Source of the DNA: Paraphysomonas bandaiensis | Taxonomy: Eukaryota > Protista > Chrysophyceae | Direction of reading: 5' to 3' | Assembly (NCBI GenBank): GCA_965644295.1 | Contig: CBFFRP010000309.1 | Coordinates: forward strand, 62,001-126,000 | DNA: 64,000 bases | Program-made: the position numbers and the translations under genes | Part shown: one piece after another, positions 51,101-64,000 of the stretch | Position numbering within the stretch: the first letter of the stretch is position 1 | Layout of the letters: each line of letters opens with the position of its first letter | Notes under the pieces: generated by a model | Seen by the model: the letters and a program-made list of their open reading frames with translations, nothing else | Told to the model about the DNA's origin: nothing | Databases searched by the model: none

Positions 51101-51598
51101 TAATGAAAGATTTTACGGGCCATCAGTGATGAGTTTTAATGAGTATAGCAATAACAGGAAGTGCTAATTGTGTTTTAGAATTTGTCATTGCAGCACGCTG
51201 GCATAATAGACAAACATTATCGCGATTGTGCTGCGCGGATGAGATCAACTCCTGTGGACTCTTTCAATGAGCGGGCATATCACCAACCCTCATTAACCGA
51301 GCCTTATCTTGCTCCGGAACCGTATCGACTTCGTTCGGCTGCGGTTGGAGCAATTAATACATCAGGCCATGGTGGTGCGACATACAACACACTTCATACC
51401 CAGAATGATAGTATCACGAACGGCACTCCACTAACAAGTGAACGACGACAAAGAAATAGCATTAATCTGGATACCATTAGTGAAAGTGTAGCTCGCGAGG
51501 CTTCTGATGATGATATTGATCAGGAGGAAGCCGACAATGATGTCAACGATATTTTAGAAGGACTTACAGACACTAATATTGTAAGTGGTGTAGTGTAA
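48184..51598 (+). CDS. OSCA/TMEM63 (CSC1/ERD4-like) mechanosensitive cation channel, multi-exon
   Basis: N-terminal TM, VGLDGYVFLRF, YTLAN, YTLMVEDIP, STAFVTF, PAPSFTDIIWKN, LGESLP, YGWIYP, YKYQLLYVY..YQSGG.MW; about 7 GT-AG introns. Confidence 0.92.
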
Positions 51599-51841
51599 TA
51601 TTTTTAGTGGCGATTTGATTACCAAGATATTGCGTTGTGATTTTTTTCAAATGAATCTTCCATATTAGTAAATGGGGAGAAACTTGTGGGCTAATGAAAT
51701 CTATATTTTTTTGGTTTGTGGCGAAAAGTCATCCTTAGCTAACTAATTCTACGAACAAATATTTGTAAAGTCCATACATGATTACAAAAAGCCCCGCATA
51801 TTCTGGGGAAGGAGGCATGTCGCGCCAGGTTCTCATAGGAC

Positions 51842-51886
51842 ACACACAGGGCTCATACACACAGGGCTCATACACACAGGGCTCAT
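51842..51886. repeat. 15-bp tandem repeat x3 (acacacagggctcat)
   Basis: Seen directly. Confidence 0.9.
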
Positions 51887-51928
51887 GAGTGGTCAGGAAA
51901 GGCCCAGCGAATAGTTTGTCACGGAAAG

Positions 51929-52525
51929 ACTACATACATGGCTGTGCTAGATTATCCGCAAATATATTTATTCCTGATAAGTTGTTACCATACATAAACA
52001 GTTGTTGCAAACGCGTGGTTGACGCAACTTTTATTGTAGCAGAGCTCGTAGGTTTCAGTATACATAATTTCAACTAAGTACATGTGAAGGTAGATCAGAA
52101 TACAAACTCTCAAAAATCGTGGTCAGCTTCACAGAGTCAACCCAAATCTCACCCATCCAATTATCCTACTCACACGTCAGAGACAGAATCATCATACCAA
52201 ATCTATCCCCAACTACTACTACATATACTACATACATGGCTGTGCTAGATTATCCGCAAATATATTTATTCCTGATAAGTTGTTACCATACATAAACAGT
52301 TGTTGCAAACGCGTGGTTGACGCAACTTTTATTGTAGCAGAGCTCGTAGGTTTCAGTATACATAATTTCAACTAAGTACATGTGAAGGTAGATCAGAATA
52401 CAAACTCTCAAAAATCGTGGTCAGCTTCACAGAGTCAACCCAAATCTCACCCATCCAATTATCCTACTCACACGTCAGAGACAGAATCATCATACCAAAT
52501 CTATCCCCAACTACTACTACATATA
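51929..52525 (+). repeat. 298-bp direct tandem duplication
   Basis: 51929-52226 is repeated at 52227-52525 and appears identical. Confidence 0.95.
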
Positions 52526-53060
52526 GCTGCAATTCCTAGACATACATTCCCCAAGACCAACCCAGCTCACAGATATTCCGTCGACACCTCGATCTACAAA
52601 CCTACATCATGCACCCAAAAAGACAGAAGTTCTTCCAAAAAGATGACCCTTGGTTAAGTTTTATATTCGGAATGGTTGCACCATGGTGCTTGTAGCATTT
52701 CCGGGGCAATATACGTTTGCACATATCACACTTTTGCTGACAAGTCTTGTTAGTCAGATGAAAGCATGCTTCTCATAGGATCTTCCTAATTGACGATTGT
52801 AAAACACTGAAAAACATAGATATTCATCAGATGTGTAGCTCAAACAATAATGGGACAATAAATACCTCAAAGTTAATATCCTGCTGGGAAGTGTGGTCGG
52901 AAAGGCATACCATATTTAATGACCTGTTTGTGGAAAAGCACACCATATTATAACAGTGGCGTAACAAAGATCTATCTAAACGGGTACTTTGTTGAAATAA
53001 TATTTACTAAACCTAGCTCAACAACAATAAAAGTTGCACCAACCACGCGTTTGATACAAC
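51999..53060. mobile_element. Non-autonomous DNA transposon relic with ~55-60-bp imperfect TIRs (left TIR present twice)
   Basis: gttgttgcaaacgcgtggttgacgcaacttttattg...taggtttcagta (52001-52060, again ~52299-52358) versus the reverse complement of 53005-53060, gttgtatcaaacgcgtggttggtgcaacttttattg...taggtttagta. Confidence 0.65.
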
Positions 53061-53380
53061 AATAGAGTAAGCACAATAGGAGTTGCATTGTCCGCGGTAG
53101 CCAAAGAATATAGTATGGTATCCATCAGAGAACGTAGATGTGGCTCTCAAAAAATTCTAAAAACCATCCAGGGTTTTACAACTACAGACTAATTATAACC
53201 ATTGCAGAAGCAATATACTTCCTATCATTGGACATACCTTCGACATTAGTATACCACTTACTTATGAATACGATAAAATATAGGCTGCATTCGTTTCTGA
53301 TACAGCCGTCTGCGGAATGAAATCTATTCACCTAACACATATCACACACGCAGTGCAAACTTCACAGTCGTTCCAAGTTT

Positions 53381-56300
53381 TCAGGAATCCGCCCAACCTT
53401 CAGCATTATGAAGTCTAACATCGGCGTCCATATTTGGTGAATTATGTATTGCGTAGATTAATTTCTTGCGCAAAACTTCCTTTGACGAGTAAGCCGGCAG
53501 ACCAAGAGAAAAGAAACACGTCTGTGCATGTGGGAGGTAGTCATCGGGGTGGCTCTCGGCTTCGCCATGAACTGCTTGGAGCTTGAAGTTCATAAGGAGA
53601 TCCTGTGCTGACGCCGGCATTCGAGATCGAGCCCATACGAATCGAAGGAAGAGAGTACGCTCGTCATCTGTCATTTCCTCCAACACAGCCCAGAAATTCT
53701 TCACCAATTCGGACTCAGGGTTAATGTCTTCATACTCAGTGCACTGCTGAAGCAATTTAATATCCACGACATTACTACCACATATTAGCTGCTCAAGTTC
53801 TGTCGGCGTGAACATTGGAAACAACTCTGCAGGGATAACTGATGCTAGACCCTCTCGAAATGAGCGATACATAGCGTAACTTTCTCGTAGGCGGTACTTC
53901 TCCACAAGACGAATGTAGTCCCTCCAATTACCCAAGTTTACCGGAATATCCTCACCCCCTGGAACAAGAGGCAACTTCGTCCCATCAGCAAACGTGACAC
54001 TGAAGAATAAATCTGCCCACTCCTTGGGAACATATGCAGAATTCTGTGCTATATTGGGGTCTTGTTCCAGCGTTAGGCCAAGCTTCTCGACATCAGATAG
54101 ACTGTTTGCAGCGAGTGTATCAACCGTTTCCAAGTGAGGTCGAGCTACGGCCAAGCGCACCAGCGGGCGCCAAAGAAGGCTCGATAAGTCAAGCCCCATA
54201 TTCATGTTGTGTCTCAGAGCTGTACCAGATAACTTACCGAAAAACTGCATCAACTCTTGCGAGAGTGGGGAAGTCGGGGATGAACTTAGAAGGAACTTGT
54301 CTTGATTGGGTCCCACAGCACTGGTACGATTGGGACACGGAACAAGCAACGGAAGCAAGCAGCGATCGCCAGTTTTACGACCCACGACAACACTGTCGCA
54401 TTGCACTTCATCAACTACCTGTTCGAACACCGCTCTATAAGGACCCCCGTAATCCTAGACAACGATATTTACTACATAAAAACAATACTTCACATACGTA
54501 CATTAACTCCTTCGCCAAGAAACTTTACTTTGAACGCTCTTTTCTGCCCACCATGGCCTTTACCCAAGTACGACCTCCTAAACGACGATGCGGGCCAAAG
54601 ACGCATTTCTCGGTGCAGTTGTCCGAATACCGACTGACGTAACCTTTCTGATGAGTTTGAAATTGAGCCCAGTCGGGCTTGAGTGGCTTTCACCCTGTTC
54701 ACCCGAATAACCTTGATCTCTCGTGGATCCTCGTACTCATCCTGGTGAAGAGGGGTGGACGTGGTAGTTGCTTCGATTATGTTTTCCCAAAACAAACGCT
54801 TCGTCTGAGTGAAGAGCACTCTTCGTTTAGATCTCAGTCGGCGTGCACAGCATGGGGGGCTCCACAGAGTCCGTGGGTCGAGAGAAAGCTGGTTGTAATT
54901 ATCTCCGAGAAAATTCATATCATTGTCCAGCTTCTGTATTTCACTGGTATCACTACCAGAACGAGCATATAATGTGCTCGTTGCTGGGATATCTGTATTG
55001 ATAATATCAATGCTATTACTGGAACAACCAAACACATCCTGGCGCCATTTCTCCTCGGGAAGAGTGAGCTCCAAGTATGGTAAGGCATAGCCCAGTATCA
55101 CATTAGCACTACGAATAACTGATGATCGTGCAATAATTCTATCCGTACTGATAGACCTAAGCGGGGACGTATCATCCAACTGGTGAAGTGCATCCACAAC
55201 CTGTTGACAACTGATGTTGAAGGGTGACTGGCCCGCTTTAGACGATACTCTTGAGAGCATATCAGTTAAAAGCATATCTGACTCTACCGGCCAGTTGTTA
55301 ATCCCATCCACAGTGGTTGAGAGTTCTAAGAAATCTTCGAAAGTTCCTCCAGTGTCCTTATGATAACTTTCCGCCAGAATTTCCCCAGGCGACAGTAATT
55401 TCTCATATCCTAGCGCGGCCACACTGCTACACCATTGACTCATGGCTTCTGCGGTGGTGGCAACGTCTTTCCACACCACCCGCTCGGGTCTATTCATCGT
55501 CCGTGCTGCATCTACGACGAGCTGTATGGAGTTCGAAACAATATCTTGAGGCTCGTTCGTTACTCTATTAACCATGAACTCTTCGTTTCCACCACGGATC
55601 CTTTCGCTGATCCATCCAAAAGCTCCTTCATAATAAACAAGAAAGCGAGCAATATTCGAGGAGTTAATCCTTCTTTCAAGAGCATAGACTACTGCCCCAG
55701 TATCGACTGTAGCTGTTACATCAGATGCATCAATTTCCAAACCGCCCCTCATCACTGCCCCACCCTCATACACGATACGCAGTCGACCACCGTGGAACGC
55801 TGGAATACGGGCCAGTTCAATGTTTACCACCGTTTCTGGAAGTAACTTTACAATATTCCCTCTTCGCACGAGGTGAAGATCGCTCATATCGTGTGCAGCA
55901 AAGAACCAAGCCAGTCCTGCACCTTCAACCATTGCACCTTCGCCGCTCTGTGCATCAAGGCGATACCATAGCTGACCATGATACGAACCTAGAATAACAG
56001 CTTCCTCCTTTGTCTCTAGCGTCCTGCCACTAGATCGAGTAAATACAACACGGTCGCCATGAAACAACGCCGTCGACAGACCCAAGCGAATGGACGCATC
56101 CACACATGCACGAGGGCTGATATCAAGCCCAACCATCAAATTTAGCGCTTTACACCTTGTTCGAACCTTCATAAAGCGATTCGAATTCCACCGCAACCAG
56201 TCTCTCCACGCCTCCCGATAGGTCCACATGTCTTTCTCCTGAGGCTTGGATGAGGGTCTCTCCTCGCTCCACGAGCTCAGCAAATTCCACGCACGACTCA

Positions 56301-59300
56301 CATTTCTAAATTCATTATGCATGGTGATATTTCCTGTGCTTGATACCCAACGAGGAGTGATGGTCACTCTGTCACCTGACCTTTTGAAGCCAACAACAGG
56401 ATAGAGTGTCTTCGGCTGAACCTTGAAAGAACTACCAGCATTGAGACCATCAAATGCTTCTCCGAGATCAGTCAGCGAGTGTTCACCATATTTCATTGCG
56501 TCGAGAAAGAAAGATAGACGACCTCTGTTCATGTCCAACAGGACACCCACAGTATCTCCTGTTTGAAACAAATCGCCATACACTTTCTCTCCCGTGCTGG
56601 CGGAAGTGTGACGGTATGACGACCTTAGGTTTACAAAACCATACCCATACCATCTGTTGAGCCTTGGAGGGGTACTACCAGGCACCTTGGGTGGTTTTTC
56701 GGCAACTCCAATAAAAATATTTCCTAAATCGCATTGCTCAATTTTGAATTCCCAGTAATGAACACCCGTGGAGAATCCAACGGAAGCGTAAGCGCAACAC
56801 TTTCCTTCTGCTCCGCTGCAAGCAGCAGCAAGTTGGTCGTGTGATATCATCACCGATGACGCATGGAACTGAGGATCAAATGTAAATAATCTCGACTGTT
56901 GAATCTTGATATCACCCGAGATATGTACAGTTTGGCCACGGAAACATGTGACAGGATAGTGAAAGTGCCCCAGCAAATGGCGTCCAAGGCTGTTTACAGT
57001 TTCTTCCGATCCAGAAAACCGTGGAAGGGACAAGTCGTATGTTGTTCCTGATTTCCAATGGCTCTCCCCGAAACGTATAGTCCAATCAGAGTTTTCAGAC
57101 CCTTTAATCAGTTTCTCTTCGGTTAAAGTCCAGTGCCCATTAGTATACATTATCCCAGTGACATAAACTATGGCACGGAAGTCCGGCCACTCCATCAGCC
57201 CATCAAATCTACCTCCAATATCCTCATCGTCAAGATTATGACGAGGTAATGATCGCAGCCGTAAAATAATTCCATACGAAGTGTCAGACGCGAAGCCAGC
57301 TTTAGCGGCACGTTTCTCAGCAGTAAGTGGACAAGGATACTGTGTCTGTATTTTATCGTTGGAATCAACAGCTACATGAATGACATCAAATACACCATCC
57401 GCTCCCCACCGCACATGTTCTGTACCGCCGTTGTTCCATTCAACAACCCTACCTGACCCTGGACCACAGTCTTCCCACTCACATACCTCAATTACAGTAC
57501 CAATGTCATGTTCCGTGGTGTCGCTTGAGTCACCACTCGTGAGCCTTTCTCCTAGCATTTGGAGAATGCTGCTACGGGGCCTACGCTCCTCACTTGAGGT
57601 ACAACCACCAGAATCTTCCGATACCTTGGATGGTGATTTCGATGATTTACCAACAAACCTGGCGACTTTGCATCCAGGTAAGAGAGCTGGAGGGATCTCT
57701 TGCTTGCTTCTGGAAAACAAGGGGGTCGCAGGAGGCTTCGTGAAAGGAGCCTCCAGTTGGTGTACGACACCAGACCATACTTCCCACCCATCATCAGACA
57801 ACAAGCTCCCACAAATAGCATCCCAGTTGAAGTCGTCGACTTCATTGCTAGTCTCTGAGACGGATAATGGGAGTGACGACTCCGACTGATCTGGAAACAG
57901 TCCCTTATCATCCGAATAATTCACACATGCCCGAGCAGTAATAGCAAGCTCAATCATGCTTTGTAAGTACTCTGAACACACAGGCTGGCTGCCCTTTTCT
58001 TGTTCCATGCGTCGAATCACGACCCGTTCAATTCTTTCCAAGGGTACCGCATTCGAAATAATAGAATTCAAATTATATCGTATATTAGGATGAAAACTGT
58101 CACCAAAATATAATTCTTGAATAATAGTGGAGAGTTGCCTCGCTCCACACGTCTTCACAGCAAGCACAGGAGATTTGAGTGTTAATGTCCATGACTCGAT
58201 CAGATTCCTAATCCAATCCACAATACATATCACCGCATCCATGTCACCGTTGAGGTCCTGTATCTCCTTCGTTAGCTGCTTCATTATTGATGAGGACAGC
58301 CACACAGCAATTACCAAGGACGGAATATGAGCTTTACTATCAATTTCAGTGGAAATAGCATCCTTGTATATAACTGGAGCTATGCCACCTTCAACTTTCC
58401 ATTCGACCGCGTATTCCCTCTTCGTTGACAGAAGAGTTTCGACATACACTTGCTGAAGCATACAGTTAATCATGGAGGAATCACCTGACTGTCGAAGGCG
58501 TGATAAAATCGCAGAAAATGCGTTTTGGACAGAAGTGAGCATTGGTGCGCCACCACACGTTAATACAGAACCCAAATTTGGGGGAGGAAGCGAATTCGGG
58601 GCGAGAATAGACATGGTTTGAAGGTATACCCTCGTTCTCAAACAAGATGCACTACTTTCACGAAGTAAAAACATAATTCTGTCCACCTCTATTGATGGGG
58701 GACAATCTTCCCCCGTTTTCAAGGCAGACATGCTCTCTGCTAATAAACTTACAATGACATCACACGAATTGTTTCGGCTTCTTGCAGTCATCAATCGTAG
58801 TATAATCAAGCGGGAATAAAGTACGCACAATTGAGTAGACATCTTCTCGAATTCATTCAGAATGGATGCCCGATGAGATGGCACCGGAGCAGATAAAATA
58901 CTAGCAGCCACATGGAGCGAATTGCGATCCATATTACTTCCTCTCGAGGAGTCCTCCGGATGGAAGTAGCGTTTGTGACTCAAAAAATCGCTCTCACCTC
59001 GCTGCTCCTCCAGACAATCTTCAAAATACATATCTAAATCTTCACCTTTGGTATTATCATCGGTGGTACTGGCACCTCGCTTAGTCGTGAAGGCAAGTAA
59101 GGATTGCAACATAAGAGTATTGGAAGCTAAACATTCCTTTACATGGTCAATAAATGCCGAGTACCCTGTTGGTGGAGTATGCTTGAAAGGTCTATATCCG
59201 AAGTTAAGTTGACACCTTTCATTTCTATTAAATGAGAAACAAGGGTATAGACCACCACAATATGAAAACCTCTCAAAAGCTACACCCATTGAAATCTCTT

Positions 59301-62300
59301 GCCCATAACCATTCAAATAAAACGACATTGTTAAGTTGTCCATATCTACAGCACAGCCAATGGTATCGCCGCGTGCCCATTTAGCACCCCATTCGGTGGA
59401 TGCCTCATTCCACAGTAGCTTTCGCCACCCATCATACGCCCACGAATGAGAACAATCTCCAACACCCTCTCCGTTTTCACATGCACCTTCATACGCTAGA
59501 TCCGCCCAGCCAAATTGCATGCATCCCGCTGTCTCCAAATACACTTCGTAGTACCATTTTCCAGATGTAACATGAAAGCCACGACACCCGACACTCGGGA
59601 ACCCAGTGCTGCTACTCCCACCGCATGACATATCTGATTTAACAGCGGCTACTCCACATATCGTTGAAAGAGGGTTGGGCCCATAATCGACAGATTCGTC
59701 TTTCTCATCCTCATTTTCTTTGCCAGTCCGTCGGTCAGAGAGCCTATCCTCATCACTTGCTGCCAACTCCTCCCCATGCGACAATATCCAAGTTAGGGCC
59801 GCATCGACATCATTGTGATTCGCCTCGAGGGCACGCATACACCAGCTCGGAGGGAAACCCATATCCATAAGCTGTTGCCTACGTGACCCTTCTGACCCAC
59901 TGAAGACTCTTCTGCCGCCACTTGCAAGGCGAGCCACAATACCGAGGGCATTGGATCGTGGACTCTGATATCGATTACCTCCCATCCCCCCACTTCCAGC
60001 ACGTGCAGAGCTCGCTGCGCTGGCATACGCTGCTTCCTCAGCAACAATTTGATTCATTTCCGAACCATGCTCGAAGCATAAGTTTATCGCCATCTCTACG
60101 TTGTAACGACATCTTCTAAGCGCCACTTCACACCACTCTTTAGGAAATCCCATCTCCATCATTTGATCCCTAGCACGTGCAGCATCTGCACTTGATGGCG
60201 TAGAGAGCATCGATGCAAGCATGCTCGCAGACATCACGTCTCTCGAAGACCTACCCGAAGTACTCTCAGTCGAAGATGACCTCGCTGCGCGCAATCGGGA
60301 TCGTAATTGCTGCAATGTAGATTCCGATTCATCATCACCTTTATCTTCATCACTTGCGACGTCAGGTGCAGAATATGCCTCCCACAAAACAGCCCAGCGT
60401 TCCTCCATTGCCTCTATTTCACTCAGCCCGCCAATTGTGGTTTCAGAAACTGCATAAGCCAAAATTTCTCGCAATATCTGGTGGTTATCAGAACATAGAG
60501 ACATCACAGAAGTATTAAACTGCAGCCACTCAGCAATGGCTCGAAACGATACGGTGCTGGTGTAAAACTGAAGTGCATTAATATCAGATATCCCATCACC
60601 AACGTCGACCTCCTCCATCGGTTCATCTTGCTTGCAGTCGTCACTTTTGCTCTTAAGGTGACTCAGCATTTGACGTTGCATTGAGTGAGCTCCATAGTCA
60701 ATGAGATCTTCGGAGACATCATTGTCATCACTTTCATCATCATTGTCATCATCATCATCGGGGTCATCCAATGCCATAAACGCCCCACTGTCGACTGTGG
60801 TCTTCTTCTTAGTGTCCGGCGATCCTTTCCCTTGTGACTCTCTATCTTTGCGTCGCTGAAGACTATCTTTTACCAATGGCAAACTGTACTTTTCTAAAAA
60901 TTCTAAACACTCCAATAGGAGACTAGCATCAAAGAAATCAGGGGGAGGAGGGAAATCTGGTGCTGGAACAACATCATCGATACTCATTTTCACAGTACGG
61001 AGAGGCAAAGACCCTGAAAGTGACATCGAATACTGAGTACTATACCGCTGAACACCTTCTTTTTCTGACTTGACCATTTTCCTACTACGTTCCATAAGTA
61101 CAACTTCAACAGAATTAGAATGCACCGACTTGGACACTAACATCCCACAGCTGTGCGAAACAGCAGCCAGTCGCAAAGCAAAAGTTTCCGAAGTGCCAAC
61201 AAGGCTGAATGGTTTTAAAGTGACAGTTCCACCCACACGAAGTCGATCAATATGACCACCCAGCACACTGAACACTCCAGAGACCATCCTCAAATGAATA
61301 GTTTGGTTCCAAGATGAGCACTCCAATGCTGCTTTATCATAATCTTTACTGCGTTGCAGTGGACGCCGTAAAGTAGCTACCACAGTATCTTTCCAAGCCG
61401 GGACGTCTTCAAGTAATCGAATTAGGGAAATGCATTCTGCACTAAGCGACGTCGCTCCACCAGGTACAGAATGTAAACTCGACATGAAATTGTCGTGGTT
61501 ATGTGTTGGCGGTGTGACAGTTACGGATGCTGCCTCAAGTAGTTGCGACAGAAGTTTTTCCGCGCAGGATAGACCATTTTCCTCTTGAGATGCCAAAATT
61601 AGGTTGTCCACATCATCTTCATCTAAAGCTTCATCAGATAACACAATCTCATCACTCCTCGCAAAAAGGTCATTCATATATAGCCTGACATTTTCAGGCT
61701 TCATACTGATGAGAAGACGCCGGAGCAATCGCATTAACCTTCTCTGTACTCCCAAGTCGCCAAATCCAATCGACGCCACAAGCAGCGTCAGCCACTTTGG
61801 GGTGGACAGATATCGTTGACAGACAGCAGATTCAGACACAAAGTAAAGCAATCGCAGTATTCGATAGGCATACTTTCCACCTTCAAGTTCATCATTGCAG
61901 TCACTGTTGTTACTACATTCGGCAGTAGACACGGGTGCATACCGCTCTATGCCCAGTCCCCCACAGGTACGAACAATTAAATGCTTCATACAATTATATA
62001 GCTCAGAGTAAAGCATATCAAACAAGGCCTGAGAAAGGGTTTCTGGGCCAGATGGGTGCCGTTGGAGGTGCAAAGATGGGGGACGGTGAACACCACTACC
62101 GTCTTTACAAAAAGCAACTTGAGAAGCCAAGGTGTGAACCACCCTCAACGATAACTGTGATAGTCTCCTGTTAGCATTGACTATAATATCATGAGTCGAG
62201 CTATCGGATGAAATGTCACCATCTTTATCTGGACAAGAACTTTCGGATGTAGTAGTTTGCTGTGAAAGTAGAGAGGCTCGCGCATCGTCTAACACAGTTT

Positions 62301-63563
62301 GTAGCACGCGAAATATACCAATTCTGTTCAAAAAGGCGTGATCTTCCGGAATTATTGCGATGTCCCACGCAGACAGCGCAATGCACTGACCATCTCTATC
62401 GCCAGCCCAAGTGCAGCGTTGAAGCAACTGTGTAATTAGCTCATACATACTCTCAAATGAGTTTCTCAGAGTGCTCAAGAAGTCCCTGCCAGCAGACTGC
62501 AAAGAGTCCGTGAAGTGTCCTAGTGGAACTACACTTGAACTGCTGTCATCACCAGGCTCCGATGAGACACCGGATGACATGGGAACGTTTCCATTCAAAC
62601 GCCCCCCAAGCTCATACGTACATCCACTACTGAAATCACAAACACCATAAAAGGCAGGGTGAATGTACTCCACAACAACGGACTGCAAAAACAATACAGA
62701 AAGAACAGGCAATCGTGGTGATATATCTTCCGGCAAGGCAGTGCTACCAGTAGCTTTCCCCAGCAGCAAAATGAGTGCCTGTAGTCCTGCTGATCGAGAG
62801 TACGCCCGCAACGAGCACTTAAACAACGCACACCTCAAGTGACCAACATCAATACACGATACTTGAAAGAACTCAACTACTTCAGCTAAGCACTTTGAAA
62901 CGGTGAACTGAACATCTTCCAAGTTTTGCCCCATGCTTGACTCAGCGCCTGTACGAGGGGTTGTAGGTAGCGACGGGACAGTGGCAAGAATATGAGCTAT
63001 ATCTCTACTGTAATCGTTGGGTTGAATGGTTAACAAAAACTCAGCCTTCTTGCACAACTCCTGGGAAAGGTGGCCATATGATACACCAGTGGTTTGCTTC
63101 TGTCGAATTGCGTGCTCTACAATTCTTTGTGACGCGCGCCATACGTCCACGAGTAAGGGATGTGGTTTGTCTGACACATTTCTATCTGCAGCATTCAAAG
63201 CTCTGTCCTCTGCATAGCACAGCGACAAACAGCCCGTGTGGTGCAGGAGTGAGACGAGAACTCGTCTGCGCGCACTCTGCATCGGTTCTCCACCGATTTT
63301 GCAAAGCACCGATAAGCCGATATGCCGAAGTAAATGCTCGTCAATACGACGGCCCACTCCGATATTTTCCTGTAAGTGTGTGTAAAACGGATCTTCACTC
63401 TTGTGTTCAATCTCCGAAGTTGGGTGCTGAAGTATAGGTTGATACCTAACTTCAGTGAATCGATCGGAAGACGGCGAATTGGTGCTGGCAAAGGTGCAAT
63501 ACTTTCTGATATCGCGAAAGACCGTATCGATCCACCACGATTTCAGTCTAGCGCTCGCGGGTG
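53381..63563 (-). CDS. Giant HECT E3 ubiquitin ligase (HERC-like; 2 UBA, 2 SPRY, MIB/HERC2-like, HECT); 5' part outside window; intron 54501-54455
   Basis: MEMGFPKEWCEVAL and MDMGFPPSWCMRAL (UBA); GKWYYEV..MQFGWA and GVHYWEF..GDTVGVLLDM (SPRY); spliced FLGEGVNDYGGPYR, FLRFVWARSRMP, HAQTCFF (catalytic Cys). Confidence 0.92.
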
Positions 63564-64000
63564 ACAGTACCAATGTCATGTTCCGTGGTGTCGCTTGAGT
63601 CACCACTCGTGAGCCTTTCTCCTAGCATTTGGAGAATGCTGCTACGGGGCCTACGCTCCTCACTTGAGGTACAACCACCAGAATCTTCCGATACCTTGGA
63701 TGGTGATTTCGATGATTTACCAACAAACCTGGCGACTTTGCATCCAGGTAAGAGAGCTGGAGGGATCTCTTGCTTGCTTCTGGAAAACAAGGGGGTCGCA
63801 GGAGGCTTCGTGAAAGGAGCCTCCAGTTGGTGTACGACACCAGACCATACTTCCCACCCATCATCAGACAACAAGCTCCCACAAATAGCATCCCAGTTGA
63901 AGTCGTCGACTTCATTGCTAGTCTCTGAGACGGATAATGGGAGTGACGACTCCGACTGATCTGGAAACAGTCCCTTATCATCCGAATAATTCACACATGC
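63564..64000 (-). repeat. Direct copy of HECT-gene internal segment 57494-57930 (offset 6070 bp)
   Basis: Appears identical over 437 bp to the window end; joined out of frame to the main ORF. Confidence 0.95.

Overview
Eukaryotic genomic DNA with short (about 45-115 nt) GT-AG introns. It is most likely from a flagellated stramenopile, probably chrysophyte-like; this is inferred from a CoDi-type copia element, CFAP99, a PTxQ-repeat/REJ giant surface protein and a plastid-type TrpRS. There are about 12 host genes: an MDR-family oxidoreductase, calreticulin, pirin, a ROK kinase with a C-terminal membrane anchor, a phosphotriesterase-fold protein that has lost its metal ligands and carries a Zn treble-clef tail, a ~4,900-aa Kelch-(PTGQ)n-REJ-EGF-GPS-like multipass surface protein, an UNC-93-like MFS transporter, a small coiled-coil protein, organellar TrpRS, CFAP99, an OSCA/TMEM63 channel, and the 3' part of a giant UBA-SPRY-HECT E3 ligase. 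Four gene pairs are head-to-head, with microsatellites, MITEs or repeated motifs between them. A nested transposon island (about 39.7-47.7 kb) holds a Tc1/mariner-like MITE, an LTR, a gypsy-like gag, a LINE relic, a chromodomain and a degenerate copia. The gag and the copia each carry a slightly diverged ~0.6-kb inverted duplication, so the island could be a source of hairpin RNA/siRNA. No rRNA, tRNA or CRISPR array was recognised. All assignments come from motif recognition by eye; no searches were run.
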